A stretch of DNA of 63,847 nt, filler included, from Choristocarpus tenellus KU-1152 (Eukaryota > Protista > Phaeophyceae), in the NCBI GenBank assembly GCA_964200185.2. It is 11 parts of 11 records of this genome, joined end to end, with 100 filler letters (N's around TTAATTAATTAA, not from the genome) between each part and the next. Parts side by side here need not be neighbours in the genome. Positions count along the whole stretch, not along the records: positions 22,378 to 31,579 come from CAXNAD020003887.1; positions 31,680 to 38,276 come from CAXNAD020007789.1; positions 38,377 to 44,135 come from CAXNAD020009827.1; 8 more parts are not named here. One strand, 5' to 3'. The position numbers and the translations under genes are program-made. Below, piece after piece: positions 26,162 to 39,112 of this stretch. The notes under the pieces were generated by a model. That model searched no databases. It was not told the DNA's origin and saw only the letters and a program-made list of their open reading frames with translations. The stretch's first letter is position 1, and each line of letters begins with the position of its first letter.

Positions 26162-29100
26162 CTATTTCAATTGGTGAGCGAATTCGAAATGACATTCCTC
26201 ACCCTTCTCCCACCACTCTACAAGCTTTGGGTATGTCTCGGTTAGAAGGTGCCAGAGATTTAGGTGGGTGGAGTACCTGTCGTTCCACGGCTCGGGCTTC
26301 ACAAGGTTCATGAAGGTGGCCTTCCTTTCATGGGGTGTTTCCACATGCTTCGGACGCAACGTGCTGCCGGGCTTCCCTCCACGACCGTGGACCTTTAGCT
26401 GTGTGGGCTCATGGACGTAGCAGTCATCCCCGAATACAAGATTTTGGATGCTCTGCCAGCCTTTAGGAGTCTGAACCCATGGTCGTATATGACCTGCGTA
26501 AGGATTTGGGTTTGTACCCGGTACTGCCACTAAGCGGGTTTTGTTGCTGATCGTTGGAGCTTGGTAACGCATGCCTCCAGAGACAAAGTACCTTAGAGGT
26601 TACAGCCGCGTCCATTTGGGGGACAAAGTCCAATGTTGCAATTTTGATGTAATTTTGGCTATTGTGTGTGTTAGGAAGTGTCAATGTCGATGTTCTGGAC
26701 ACACCTCTTAATAACATACACATTTTACCCGTTCTGAAACATTTTGGTGAAGGAAAATGTATTAAAAAGCCCATGGGAAGCCAAGCACCAAATGGACAAA
26801 CAGGGCAAAACTCGTACCCTATAAGATACTTTCATTCTCCATGAAGGCTTCGGTGATCCCCATGACGGATGCATCGCCGGAACCGACCGCGTCCTTTGTC
26901 ATGTCATCATCATCACCATGCGCAGACCTTTCGTCGTCATCCTAATGCCCCGTAGTAGATGGCGCTGTATTTTCCGCGTCTCCGCCCTTTCTGGCAGAAG
27001 TGAAGACGTCCGCAAAAAAGCTAGGTTCTAAATCTCTACCGTCAATTCCACGAGGATGTTTGAAGGGTCTCATCGGTCCAGCACCTTCTCCCAACCTCTT
27101 CTTCGTAATGAGAGTCGTTTTGGCCTTCCCTTTACCCCTTGCCGAAGGCTTGTCCCTAAGTGAGGAACCTGATGGTGTCAAATCAACCCTTGGTGTTGTT
27201 GTTGACTCGGCATTAGTGTAGTTCGCAATTCGCTCCACAGTATTGTCCTCCCTTTTCCCTCTACCCGTTGGATTGTGATCAACGGACTCATTGACGCTGC
27301 TGCCCACCGCATGGACGTTTGGGGACATTCCGGGGTCACTCCTGACAGGCATCAACTCTGAGTCCGTGCCTAGCCGCCCCCCCACGTCCTCCTGGACATC
27401 TTCCTCTGGACATGACAAAGCGTTACAATCGGGCCGGTCTCCATCGCCTTCAGGGTCGTCCTCTGAGGGTGTGGTTGGATACCTTCCCCCATGTAGTGAA
27501 CCGCTTCCTGCACCTACGTTAGAGTTAGGCGATGGCGTCTCCTGTTCCTCTTTATCACCTAGTGGGTCTGGTCCTCCACAAGGTATAGGCGTGGATACGC
27601 CACCAGCTACCGGTGTCTTCGCCAGCGCAAAATTGCAGAAGATGGAGAGTTTGTCGGTGAGGAGTTGGATACGATCCGGATCATGGTTGTCCCAGAGGGC
27701 GGTGCATGTGATTATGATGCCTCCTGGTCGGGTCTGGAGAAGGGCGACTGCTCTCTCGTGGGCGGCACTTGTTTCGGACTTGAACTTTGTCAAGGTCGTG
27801 CTCGGACGTGTCGTTTTTCTCTGGCGTGATCGCAATGTTTGTGATTCGTGTTATCTCCATAATAATGGTGGAGGAGTAGGCAAAGAACGAGGCGAAGTAG
27901 GAGGTAAAACAACGGGAAGAGGGGTTAGGGTTAGGAGGAAAAGGATGAGCAGAGGTTGGTGAAAAGGAGTAAGCGAAGGAGGATATAGAGGGGGAGGCAA
28001 AGGCTGAGGAAAAGATGGAAGGAAAGGAGTACGTGCGGTTCGTTGTACTTGGGTGGATTCTTTTAGCCCGTAGATCAGGAAGATAAGTAGGTCTTGTAAG
28101 ATTGGGTCAAGAAGATGCGTATAGGACTACGGGACATGAACCGTGACATAATTTCCCACCCTGCACTGGGTTGTACTGATCGACAGAGCACAACGAAAGT
28201 ATGAATAAATCTGTTCGACGAGCATATTCGCAACATATAAGACTCGACAACCCTTCGTCAGTGTACATTGTGAAACTATCCAATGTCGGTAAGATCTCTA
28301 AGAGTCGAGGTGTTTGGTGCAGGGAACGTTGTTTGATGTTCACATATGGCGGTGTTGTACAATGATGTAATTGCTTGTCTGTGTGTTCGCCATTGGTGTT
28401 CAAGGTAACGCCCTCTGAGTATTTGAAGATGTCCAGGTAGACTGTACCCTCCTCAACATCCTCTCACAGCACGAGATCCCTGTTCACCTGTGGATTTTAT
28501 GGGGTTAAATTAATGTACGTGATCAGGGCGTTTATTGTGAGGTGACTTGTTACGAACTCAAATACGGTGGACAGATGAGTGGATGAACCCGACACTCCCT
28601 TGAGTACCTCTTCACTCAGGATGTATTGCTTCTTTGGAGCACACTCTTCGGAAGACCCGGCTCTGAGGACTCATTAGCATTGGGGTCGATCCCAAGCTCG
28701 TCTTTCCTCTAGAAGTCGTTCATGACCTGCACGGAGACCTCCAGGACAGCCTTTTTGATGAGGACATTCTTGATGTGCATCCTCTGCAAGAATGCCCTTT
28801 TGATTTTCCACGGTTGCGATGCCCATTCTTCCTCGGGCTGGGCGGCAGATGCAGGGTCTGGATCGCCGTCCCCTGGTCTGTTCTTCTTCTCCTTTCCTCG
28901 GGTCCTCTTCTTATTTCCTTAGTCGGGGTCGGCCAGGGGTCGTTTGTTCCCGACGCCCCTTAGAGTGGTCGAGGACTGCCATGGAGGAGCACATGGATAG
29001 TGGAATGGTAAATCACATGTATGACATGTGTGTCTGCTTCGCGAGGCACGAACTTGACGGTAAATATTGCGGCTGTTGCAGGCTCAGGGGGGGGTATATA

Positions 29101-29510
29101 TACATACACATGTATACGTTGGGTGAATCGTCACAGTCAAAGCTTGACTTACCCATTCCTCTGGAAATGTCTCCGTCCCGACAACATACGCTAGTGTAAT
29201 ACGCAGTAGCACCTCTTGCTTTATTTGCAACCAATTGATGGCGCTCTTCCTCTTGGTTCTGGGAGGCCCTTCGCTCCAGGGTGCGGTGTAGGAAGTAGAA
29301 TGAGTCTCGTTTCTCCACCCTGGAATGAAGCGGCCCCAGCTTTGAAAACATGGACTCTACCCTATCCTTGTCAAGGAGATTGGCATCGTACCTCTGGGAC
29401 AAGAAAGCAGATGTGACCAGGTCGATCGTATGGGTCGCGCTGAGTGTTTGACGTGATCAACCCTGTCGTCTTTTCCTCTTCAGGTTTCTTTGGGCCTTAG
29501 GTCACCTGCC
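26162..29510 (-). pseudogene. Decayed, apparently intron-containing coding sequences of unknown family (likely transposon-borne)
   Basis: The 297-aa ORF at 27835-26942 reads on in frame past a single TAG (DDDERSAHGDDDD...FMEACVTK across the MITE empty site). Exon-like blocks at ~29510-29190 and ~28975-28600 read as protein but contain isolated in-frame stops. No recognisable domain. Confidence 0.45.
26580..26837 (-). mobile_element. MITE family A, full copy 2 (~258 bp, inverted), flanked by TCCA direct repeat
   Basis: The reverse complement aligns end to end with 23167-23423. TCCA at 26576-26579 and 26838-26841 looks like a 4-bp target-site duplication. It sits inside a decayed coding region. 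Confidence 0.85.
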
Positions 29511-29859
29511 TGTGAAGGTAGGGAGGGATATTTTATGGCAACAATATCAGCAAATGAGAATGATATCGACGCAAGGGTGGATACTATGGTTAGGTGATGA
29601 AAGCAAGGGTGTTGTTATATATGCAGTGCTACGATGGGGTCTCTAGGTAGTGCGGGGTTGGTGTCCATCCGTGGACTAGGCAAACGTGGGATGATGAGGG
29701 CGAAGTGCTGCTATCTTCATGAGGACGGCGTAACGCTTTCCGTGGAGACTGCAATTTTCGATCATGCAGCGAATGGTAAACCCCGCCAATATGGAAGGAA
29801 TATTGTATACGAGAACGCACCAATACCGTACGCAGAAGAAAATGATTTACGTGCAGACC

Positions 29860-30302
29860 CAGGTTAGATGCCGGGAGGGCAACCATGCACAGGTTTGCGG
29901 TTGACATAGGGCAGACAGTAATGAAGAAATTTGATCTGTCATGTCGGACGGGAAAGGTGATCAATTTCCAAAGCACGGCAAGACGGTTGGGGGTGGTGTG
30001 TGTACCGATTTGGAACAAGAGCCCTAAGCAGGAAACCATACTGTGGAGCTGCGAAAGTGAAAGATGAAGATCAAAAGGATTTACGCGCCGCCCCGGGTTA
30101 GATGTCAGGACGGCAACCATGCACAGGTTTGTGTTTGGCATAGGGAAGACAGTGATGAAACAATTTGATCTGTCGTGTCGGACGGCAAAGGTGATCAATT
30201 TCCAACGCACGGAAAGACGGTTGGGGGTGGTGTGTATCGATTTGGAACAAGAGCCCTAAGCAGGAAAACATACTGTGGAGCAGCGAAAGTGAAAGCATGA
30301 AT
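29860..30302 (+). repeat. ~234-bp tandem duplication (2 copies)
   Basis: GGTTAGATG...GGCAACCATGCACAGGTTTG...GGAACAAGAGCCCTAAGCAGGAAA...GCGAAAGTGAAAG occurs at ~29862 and ~30096. Confidence 0.9.
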
Positions 30303-30904
30303 GCACCAATTTGAACGAATATGCTCATTTTGGAACGTACTTCGAAATAGACATTTAGTATGTTCTGTCGGTTGGCAGAAGCCATCAAATTCTAAAGTGA
30401 GGTTTGGACCAAGCTACGCGCGAGTTAAATCGAGATCATGTTGCAACGCGATACGAACCTTATCGGAAAATTTCCAGTCGTATTTGATTCCTAACACGTG
30501 CGTATCGATGGTGTCACCACGTAACATTCGACAGATGGATGTTGTGGTGCGTGGAATTGGATCATGGAATCTTAGTTCTATTTCGGATCAGTTGTCTGAT
30601 TACTCTCAACATATGTCACTGCAACCCATGTTCAAATTTCGGAAAAAAGTTAGGTTGAATTCGCTGGAATTAATTCTGACGATAGCCGCTGCATTGCAAC
30701 TACGTCGACATGTTAGATGTAAGGTGAAATCTGTCTCTTCTCGGATTGGGTTGAGTGTTCGAGATGTAGGTAATTAGCGTTGGTTAGGGTTAGGGTTAGG
30801 ATCATGGGTTGTTGCATTCAGGGCTTACATTGTCGGCGACTGGGGTGGCATAAGACGTTTTTGAACGGTTTCGATCAAACAAATTATAGATGCCTGACTA
30901 GTGA

Positions 30905-31195
30905 TATTGGTGATACCACTAGTGACAGCTGGTTTGTACACGGTTCTAATGGCGATAAATACGGGGGCATCGAGGTTGAAAACGTTGGTGATAACACTAG
31001 TGACAGCTCGTGTGTGCACAGTTCTAATGGTGATAAATACGGGGGCATCTCCTTTGATAATGTTGGAGATACCACTATTGACAGCTCGTGTGTGCACGGT
31101 TCTAATGGTATGAAATACAGGGGGATCGAATTTGAAAATGTTGGTGATACCACGGCTGACAGCTGCTTGGTACAAGCTCCGAATGGAAATGAACT
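30905..31195 (+). repeat. 78-bp tandem repeat (~3.7 copies), in frame within ORF 30780-31250
   Basis: TTGGTGATACCACT.GTGACAGCT recurs at 30907, 30985, 31063 and 31141. It translates as a 26-aa repeat VGDTTSDSSCVHGSNGDKYGGIEFEN. Confidence 0.9.
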
Positions 31196-31517
31196 CATGA
31201 GCATGTGTACAGATGTGTGGTTGTGTTCACGACAGAGAAAATCGCAATGAGGAGTGGATACGTTGGAGACTCTTTAACACGGCACATGTCACCAATCTCG
31301 GCCTAACGTGAGCATTTGCTCCCTGGATTTCAAACCGCCATGACATGGAGACCTCTTAGTGTACACCAAACAAATTTTCTCCAGTGTCGACAGATCCGTG
31401 CTATATACTGCAGGATAGACAGACCGGCGTGCATAGGGTATACTTTTAATTTTGATACGAAATTGTTTTCACTCGGAATTGTATCTGGAGCTTCCGAAAG
31501 GTATTTACACAGGTGGT

Positions 31518-31579
31518 GAGTGAAACTATCTTAGAGGGTACGAATTTTTCCCTGTTTGTCCATTTGTGGGCTTGGCTTC
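31518..31579 (+). mobile_element. MITE family A left terminus, truncated by contig end
   Basis: GAGTGAAACTATCTTAGAGGGTACGAA...CCCTGTTTGTCCATTTGTGGGCTTGGCTTC matches 23167 onward. Confidence 0.8.
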
Positions 31580-31969
31580 NNNNNNNNNNNNNNNNNNNNN
31601 NNNNNNNNNNNNNNNNNNNNNNNTTAATTAATTAANNNNNNNNNNNNNNNNNNNNNNNNNNNNNNNNNNNNNNNNNNNNGGGCGTCCGTTTCGGTCAAAC
31701 AACTCTTTTTTTTTTTGCTGACATTTCAAATCCAACACGTGCGACCAAATCACACCAAAAAAGTGAAAATCGAAAAAAGGGTGAAAAACGGACGCCGACA
31801 CCCCCCCCACCCCAAAGATACTTTGACCCATGTTTTTATTTATTTAATTGGCCACACACACACACACACACAAAGATATTAACTTATTATTTTTCAGATA
31901 TTTCTTCCTCCTGATTTTGATAACTTTTAACCACAGTTTTGAGAAGATCATACCACCGATCACGAGGAA

Positions 31970-32050
31970 AAATAAAATAAAAATAATGATAATAATAGTA
32001 ATAACAATAATGATAACAATAGTAGTAGTAATGATAATAATAATAATAAA
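31970..32050 (+). repeat. Degenerate (TAA)n microsatellite
   Basis: Run of ATAATGATAATAATAGTAATAACAATAATG... It produces spurious poly-Ile ORFs. Confidence 0.85.
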
Positions 32051-35000
32051 TAGAGGAAATGATATCAGGTGTTGTTCTCTACGACGGATGCTACAATCCA
32101 CACAAACACGTCAGAGTGCTTTTAGGGAACAATGACTGAAGCAGAGGAAATAGTGTCATGCACTACCCTGGCAACAGACTAAAGGGTTAGGGTTAAGGGT
32201 TAGAGAGCAAATTACAAAAAAATCCCCCCCCCAAAAAAAATCCGTGGGTTAGGGTTAGGGTGTGATAGACTTAATATTACTCCAAAGGTTGTATTGGCAG
32301 GGTTAGGGTTAGGGTTATCGGTAGAGGTATCGCCTCGCAGGGGTTGGGAATTTAGTCTTGAGATGTGTTATATTTAACAAGACTTTCATTCACCTAACCC
32401 CAAAATAGCTTTGCATATTCGGAGGGTATTGCAACGTAAGTAGGTAAGTAGGTACGTACGTGTCGGTTAAAGAATGATGGGTATGGACATGATACGGGCA
32501 TGATAGAAATAAAAAAAATCTATCGTTTCAAAAATGTACATACCGATATACTAACGGTCACAGTACAAATATTAGGGTTAGGGTTAAATCTTATTTGTTT
32601 TTGTATTAAACAAGATTTTTTTACATTTTAATAGCGCCTCACCTATGTAGTAAACAAGCAGGGTTAGGATTAGGGTTAACTATTTAAAAATGTAATATAG
32701 TAGTGGCAGCCTGTAGCATACCCTACAGAAAAAACAGGCCTCACCCAAACCCTAACCCTAACCCTTACCCCTACCAGGTATTCAAAGTAACACATAGCAA
32801 TTATAGCAGAGCAAGACATCGAGAAATTCCTAGAATGTCATGGAAGCATGATAGAGCTTAGGGTTAGCAAATAATATCACATCATTTAGTATCATACAAT
32901 TAATCATATCAAATGTAGAGATACATTGGGAGAAAAAACAAGAAGATTGGCTACATTGTTCTCAAATATCTTTTGATACACCTGGTACAGTAGAGGGAGA
33001 GAGAGAAACTCATAAATTGAACAAAATTCTATTGCCCCAAAGTGCCAATGGACTCTAAATTTGATCAAAATACTTCTTTCCTAATGCACCATATCCTAGT
33101 CCTATGATAACAGCTCTGTAGCCAGGATTCATGGCTCTGGGGTTGGGACTTGTGTCAGGTTTACGATTATCACAGGAAACTCATGTTTGAAGGTAATAGA
33201 TGCCTGCACATGACCTCCTATGCAAAGGACTCACAAATAAAAATCAAATTTAGTAGCCAGTGCTTGGCTTGAAGTGGCGGATATCTCAAACTTTTGTCAT
33301 ACCACCCAATTTCTCTCTTGCGCCTGTCTGTGATGTCATACCACACCCTCCTCCTTTCCCGTTCCCTATACCTCTTCACATACTCTAAGAGATTGACCCC
33401 CCCCCCCCCCCCCCAACTGTTTTGGATTGTTTTATCGTGTTCGAAAACAAGAAACAGACACGCCTTCCTCTCAGGAAATAAAACACACCATACCATTCAT
33501 CATCATAGTCACCCGCCTCTCAAAAAATCGGACACTGGTGACAGGTACGTGTGGGTTGGTTGGTTAACAGATTAGTAGAACCAACAGAAAAAAAAGAATT
33601 ATTGTTGATGAGTCGGTATACTGATTGATGGCAAGACAGTACAAACTTTCTCTTACAGTCATAATATAATGTCATTTTCTTCCTTCTTCCCTGGTTCCTA
33701 TACACACACATATATATACATAAAATAAAACAAAAATGTAGGGTTTTTTTTTTTACACTATCTACTAACTGTGCTATACTTTGACACAGAGTGCATTCTT
33801 AATAGTGGGTACGTGTCTGCTATCTCACTGTAGTTAGGAAAAAATGGGAAAAAAGATGTTCCAGATGATGTCTTCCCTGGGAAGTAGTTGTCCAGGATGG
33901 AGTTACAGTCCTTCACCATCAACAACAAGCAACCTCAAGATTGGGAATATGAGAGGAAAAGCCGCCTTCCATGGATGGTTAACAACAACATAACTGTCAG
34001 CTGCAACGCAATATTGATGCTGTTCGTGGAGGGCTGCACCATCTTGCTGAGAAGAAAGTATTTGACGTATTGAACAAGATAAAAAAAATGCGTACAATCT
34101 TTTCTTTTTCTATTTACATATTAACAAGGGAAAGCAAGTTAGAGCAAGAATGCGTAGATATGAGGTTAGCACTAGAGGGAGTCATCCTTGCTCCAACAGT
34201 CATTCTTTCGATGAGTTAACGGTCGTTTAGGTCGGGAATAGGACAAGCACAGGGTGCATGACAAAGGTTTTGAACCTCTGTACGTTTGAATTGCACAAGA
34301 AGATGGGTTAATTTTATTTGACACCAATCTACATAACAACGAAGCTCCCAATGCAATCCTAGTGGTGTTGAATGAGGGGGCATTCGAGGTAGAGGCCCAG
34401 CCTACGACCAACCTGATTGAAATAGTGATCACACGACTGATATCATAACTCCAGGAAGTCAATTGGGGGTGGGGGAGGGTGCTTCTTTCATCTAGAAGAT
34501 TGCAACTCATGGGAGTAGGGAACCTCACCGATTCGCCCCAGCCATAGTTGCTTCCACTTAGGGATGAGCAAAATCGAGGTCGACGTGAGCCAATCAGGAT
34601 CGGGGAAAATTCACGGCCACCTATGACTGAAGTTGACGACAAAAATTCACCACGGGGAGATGTGACCCTAGTGCGCAAGTTGGTCACGTGGTTAAAAGAG
34701 AGTTGAGCTGGTGCAAGGAAAGCACTGCCACCCGGCGCCTGCAGAACAGTGAAAGTAGCACCAGCTGATGCCCACAGCCATATGAGAGCTTGGGGAAGGC
34801 CCATCGCCAGTCGATTTCCCTGCCCAAGAGTGAACCCGACTCGGACTCTTACCACCAACACTTCAGCTTCACTTTGGACAGTTCCGCAACCCTACGTGGA
34901 TTGGATTGGCTTTCCTTAACCTGATATTGAAGGGGTGAACGGATTCAGAAAAAAAAATCGTCATGGACTTCCTACCCGAGCTCGCAAAGGTATTGCATTC

Positions 35001-38000
35001 ATAGCAACAGCAATGCGAAGTCTTCAGGAAAAGGATGAGCAATCTTGACAAACCTTTTTCGCACCAATCCATAGTTGACCGCCCATCATATTCCACCGGG
35101 TAATCAGGTCCATATGCATAAAATTGATAGTTCTGGGTGTTGAAATTAACTTTTATGTTTATCAAAGTGTACTTGTGAGCTGGTGTAACATGATGCTACT
35201 CTGTCAGTGTCATTTCTAGGAAACATCAACAACAATAGAATGAGAGATGGATCGAGAGACCAGTATACAATGAAGGAGGTGAATAGACTCCAACGAATCA
35301 TTTTCTAGCTGACCTAGTGGTGTGTATGATGGTGGGATCCTGCTCTCTATGGTATGCTCTGTGATTGGGACACTTATCATCTATCCTCACAACTCCAAAA
35401 CAATAGTGTTGCTGACGAGGATTGTGGGCGTATATAAGATACAGCTGTTAACATTACTTTGTACACTAACGTTGTTGTACTTGTAGTTGAGAGAAAAAAA
35501 AGAGTATCAAAAGTTAAGGTTAGGGTCGAAAATAATCCAATTAACAATATTTACGAAAAACCAGTACTGTATTATATTGGAATAGTATTAATAAGAATAC
35601 TGTATATCTATCAATACTGATATAAGAAGAGAACTTCACACCAATACGTACTAGTACGTATTAACATACCACTTTCAAAACATGTTCTCCCTACAAAATC
35701 CAGCAAACCCAGCAAACCTATGCCCAAGAAACTGTCAACACAGTTCTGAACAAAGTTCCTTGGTTCCCATACACCGTCGATCTATTTCAGCCTCGGAGCA
35801 GGTGATTGATGTAATGATTGAACCATGAAATGAGGTCGTTGTTGCTTGAGCAAAGGGTAGCTTGGCCTAGTAAGTTTGGATGTGAAATTGCAATATGACA
35901 ATCAAGTTGTGAGGTGTGACTTGACCCATGCCCCACATTGGAGACCTGCCCACTGTCCACAGTAAGTGGTCATCGGACTAGTCAGTCAAGCAGGGATGAA
36001 GAGGAGTTGGAAGTTAATCTATGAAATTCTTCTCTTCGAGGGTCAGTATGCTGGTTGATGGTAGAGAAGTGGTTATGATCAATGCGTACTTGAAGTGTCA
36101 CATCGACCATCCTCAAACATCCTGGGCGCACTCCAAATGATTCCAAGGTTGTTCTTTTGTGCCCACCATGTCTTTGCATACGGAGAGATCCTATATTTTC
36201 CTCTTTGAAACTCAATAGTCGCCCGAACCTGAATTTTTCTCGATATCTCTACTATCTCTTGCTATGCTGGATCTCCTTCCTTGCGAATGAACCTGATTGC
36301 AGGCATCAGCTGCTGTGTGCCAACCAATTTTGATTAAGATAGAAGAGAGAAGACGACCTTGATAGACGAGGGAGTGTGCGACCGGGGGAGATCATGTGGC
36401 CGTGCGGCTGGTGGGGGTTCTGGAGACGGCGTCTCTATGCACCAATCAACCGATATGAGCAGACTCCTCCTCTGGCCCGTTACCAGAAATACCACGTGAA
36501 TGGTAGGTGGATAAATAGATGAGATTTTAATTGAGGTTGATGTCTATTCACCCCACTTGTGAATGGTTGGGCGCCAATTTCATGGTCCAAGAATTGATTG
36601 ATCGTTTGGTGGGAAAAGAGCACACTCGATTTGCTTCTGTTCCGAACGAGGGGTCCCATTTAACTACCAGCAACGGATGGTGAGATGCCGGGATATGATG
36701 TTGGTGATGTCATTAATTGGTTTTCATTCGAAGTTGTGAGGAGTGTTACAGGATTAGTCATTCTTCTGCCTCATAATGGGATTTTTCATGCGTTGTGACC
36801 GCTTTCTCATCTCGCCATCTTCCCATGTTGTGGTGACCGGTTGTGTTTCTCACATTTTCAACTTGAATCGAGTAGGTATTGTGAGGCTGAAAACTTTTGG
36901 TACTGTTGACAATTTGATTTCTTTTGGTTGAAAACATCATTGTTGTCTAGTGAAAAAATTCATGCAGTTACTATACTGTTTCATAAATTGGTTCGAGGTC
37001 AGGTTTGCGATGTTTTTTCTACTCTGATTCCAACATAGTACTAATAGTTGACTCATCCATGATGTGCCCTTGTTTTCTTTTGTTCTTCATACCTCATCCC
37101 TAACCCTAACCCTAACCTGCATTTTTTTGAGGTACACCCTTGTAGAACCCTCAAGGAAATGGATTTAGTCCCCCCCCTCTCCCCTCGCTTCCCTTCCCCC
37201 ATACCCCTAACCCTATCCCGTGAGAACCGTAGTATTCATTGCTTCCCTCTACTGCATTCACAGGAGATGTGATGCACATTAATATTCCCCATCATATGGC
37301 AAGTTGTAGGGTTAGGGTTAAGATGAGTAACTGTGTACATAGGACTCATAACGTATATATTTTTGTGAAGTAGGGCTGAGGTAGGAGCCTGTGTCTCCCA
37401 ATGGAAGGTTTTAAGGCTAGAACGGTTTGGAGTATACGTCTGGGACAAGCATGAGACTAAAGTGAACCTCAAAGGGAGTACAGGGTTAGTTGGTTTTCTT
37501 GGTGTTTCATTTTGATTTATGTTTTTTAGTTTTTTAGTTTTTTGAGGACATTTGACAGTTACATAACCTTGATTGCAATTTGCCCAGTTACATATTCCTC
37601 TCCTCTCACTGTTGAAATGACTCACAAGCATCTATCTCTCTAAAGAATGCACTCTCCAACAAGGTTTCCCTCTCCCCAAGCACTCCGGTACCCTTTGACA
37701 CTGTGCTAGTTGCATTGTTTTTCTTATTTTGCATATGTAGAGCGGTCAAGGACATGGTAGGACAGGTTATAGTAGGTGTCAGTTGGTACATCAAACCTGG
37801 AGTTGAACCTTACGTAAGCAGCAAGGTGGGATGCTACTGCTCCTACAAATGCTTTGCTCATGACAATAAATGTGTTCAAATTGCATACTTACAAAGTACA
37901 TGTAGTGAGAAATTTTTTAATTTTACGAAGATGTTAACCCTCTGAATATAGTGTGACTATTTGGATGTGAGTTGTTTTGTAAGGGCAACCTGGCTTGGGG

Positions 38001-39112
38001 TTAGGGTTGTGGTGAACCTTGCTTGCAGGATGGCGGTTGTCACCATAGAGGTACTACTGTTTGTCACTGTTGGGATACATATAAGACCAACACCGTTGGG
38101 GCTGCTGCGGCCCTTCCAACGCCTTGAGATCGTTTGGGCTCTCCTCTCAAGTATTTCAGTTGTGTAGCTCAAGAAGAAACTCCACAGTTTTTTTTTTTTC
38201 CAGTGCCAAACAAGAGTCGCATTGGAACATCCTTCGGTGGGATTGGATGTCTTGAGATGGTATTGGACATCTAGCGNNNNNNNNNNNNNNNNNNNNNNNN
38301 NNNNNNNNNNNNNNNNNNNNTTAATTAATTAANNNNNNNNNNNNNNNNNNNNNNNNNNNNNNNNNNNNNNNNNNNNAAAAGGAAAAAAAAAAAAAAAAAA
38401 AACAGCTGGTGTTTCACGGCTCGAGAAAGCACACAGGGGGGGGGGGAAGAAGGGGAGGCAGAGGGCAAGAAGGAAAGGATAATCATAAAAGTCAATAGCG
38501 GAAGAATGTGTGGGTGTCGCTATTGACCCACGCACAATCATAAAAGTTAAACACAAAGCGCAATAAAGTTAAGGGGAGAGACCTCTCAGTCGCAGGCAAC
38601 GGTCAGAAGCAAAATCTATACCACCAAAATCTATACCATCAAAACAATACCCTTCCCAGCAACTGATGGACAGTTGCACTTGTGGGACAGGCCTCTATCT
38701 GGCCACAATCACAGACTCTTCATATCAAACACGGCAGCCAGACAGAGGAGGCACTTCCACAATACAAATCAAAATCAAAAACACAATTCACACAGTGTAA
38801 TACAAAAACACCTACACCGCTCGAGTAGAGCACCCACAGATGCCTCTTCCTCCTCCTCAAAAAAAAAAAAAAAAAAAACGGGGGGCAGTAACCCCCGCAA
38901 AAAAAAAAAAAAAATATTTTGGTCCTTGTGTACTTACTTCGAAAGGCGCCTTCAGTGGCCGACACACACAAGACACAAAAATTACCTCGAGATTTCAAGA
39001 CCTCATCTTCGAAGTCACGCTACATCTCAAACACAACTTCAACAACCCCACACCAACAGACACAGTGTGCATATTCCGAGTCCCCCCAGTCATCCAATGA
39101 CCACCCGCCCAC

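Noticed and set aside
27291-27962. 223-aa plus-strand ORF and other antisense ORFs over coding regions (e.g. 5403-5774, 38919-39407)
   Set aside because: These are shadow frames of minus-strand coding or GC-rich sequence with no independent motif support.
34172-34861. 229-aa minus-strand ORF as a real gene
   Set aside because: Non-ATG start, S/R/L-rich composition, no motifs and no splice-consistent neighbours. Treated as decayed DNA.
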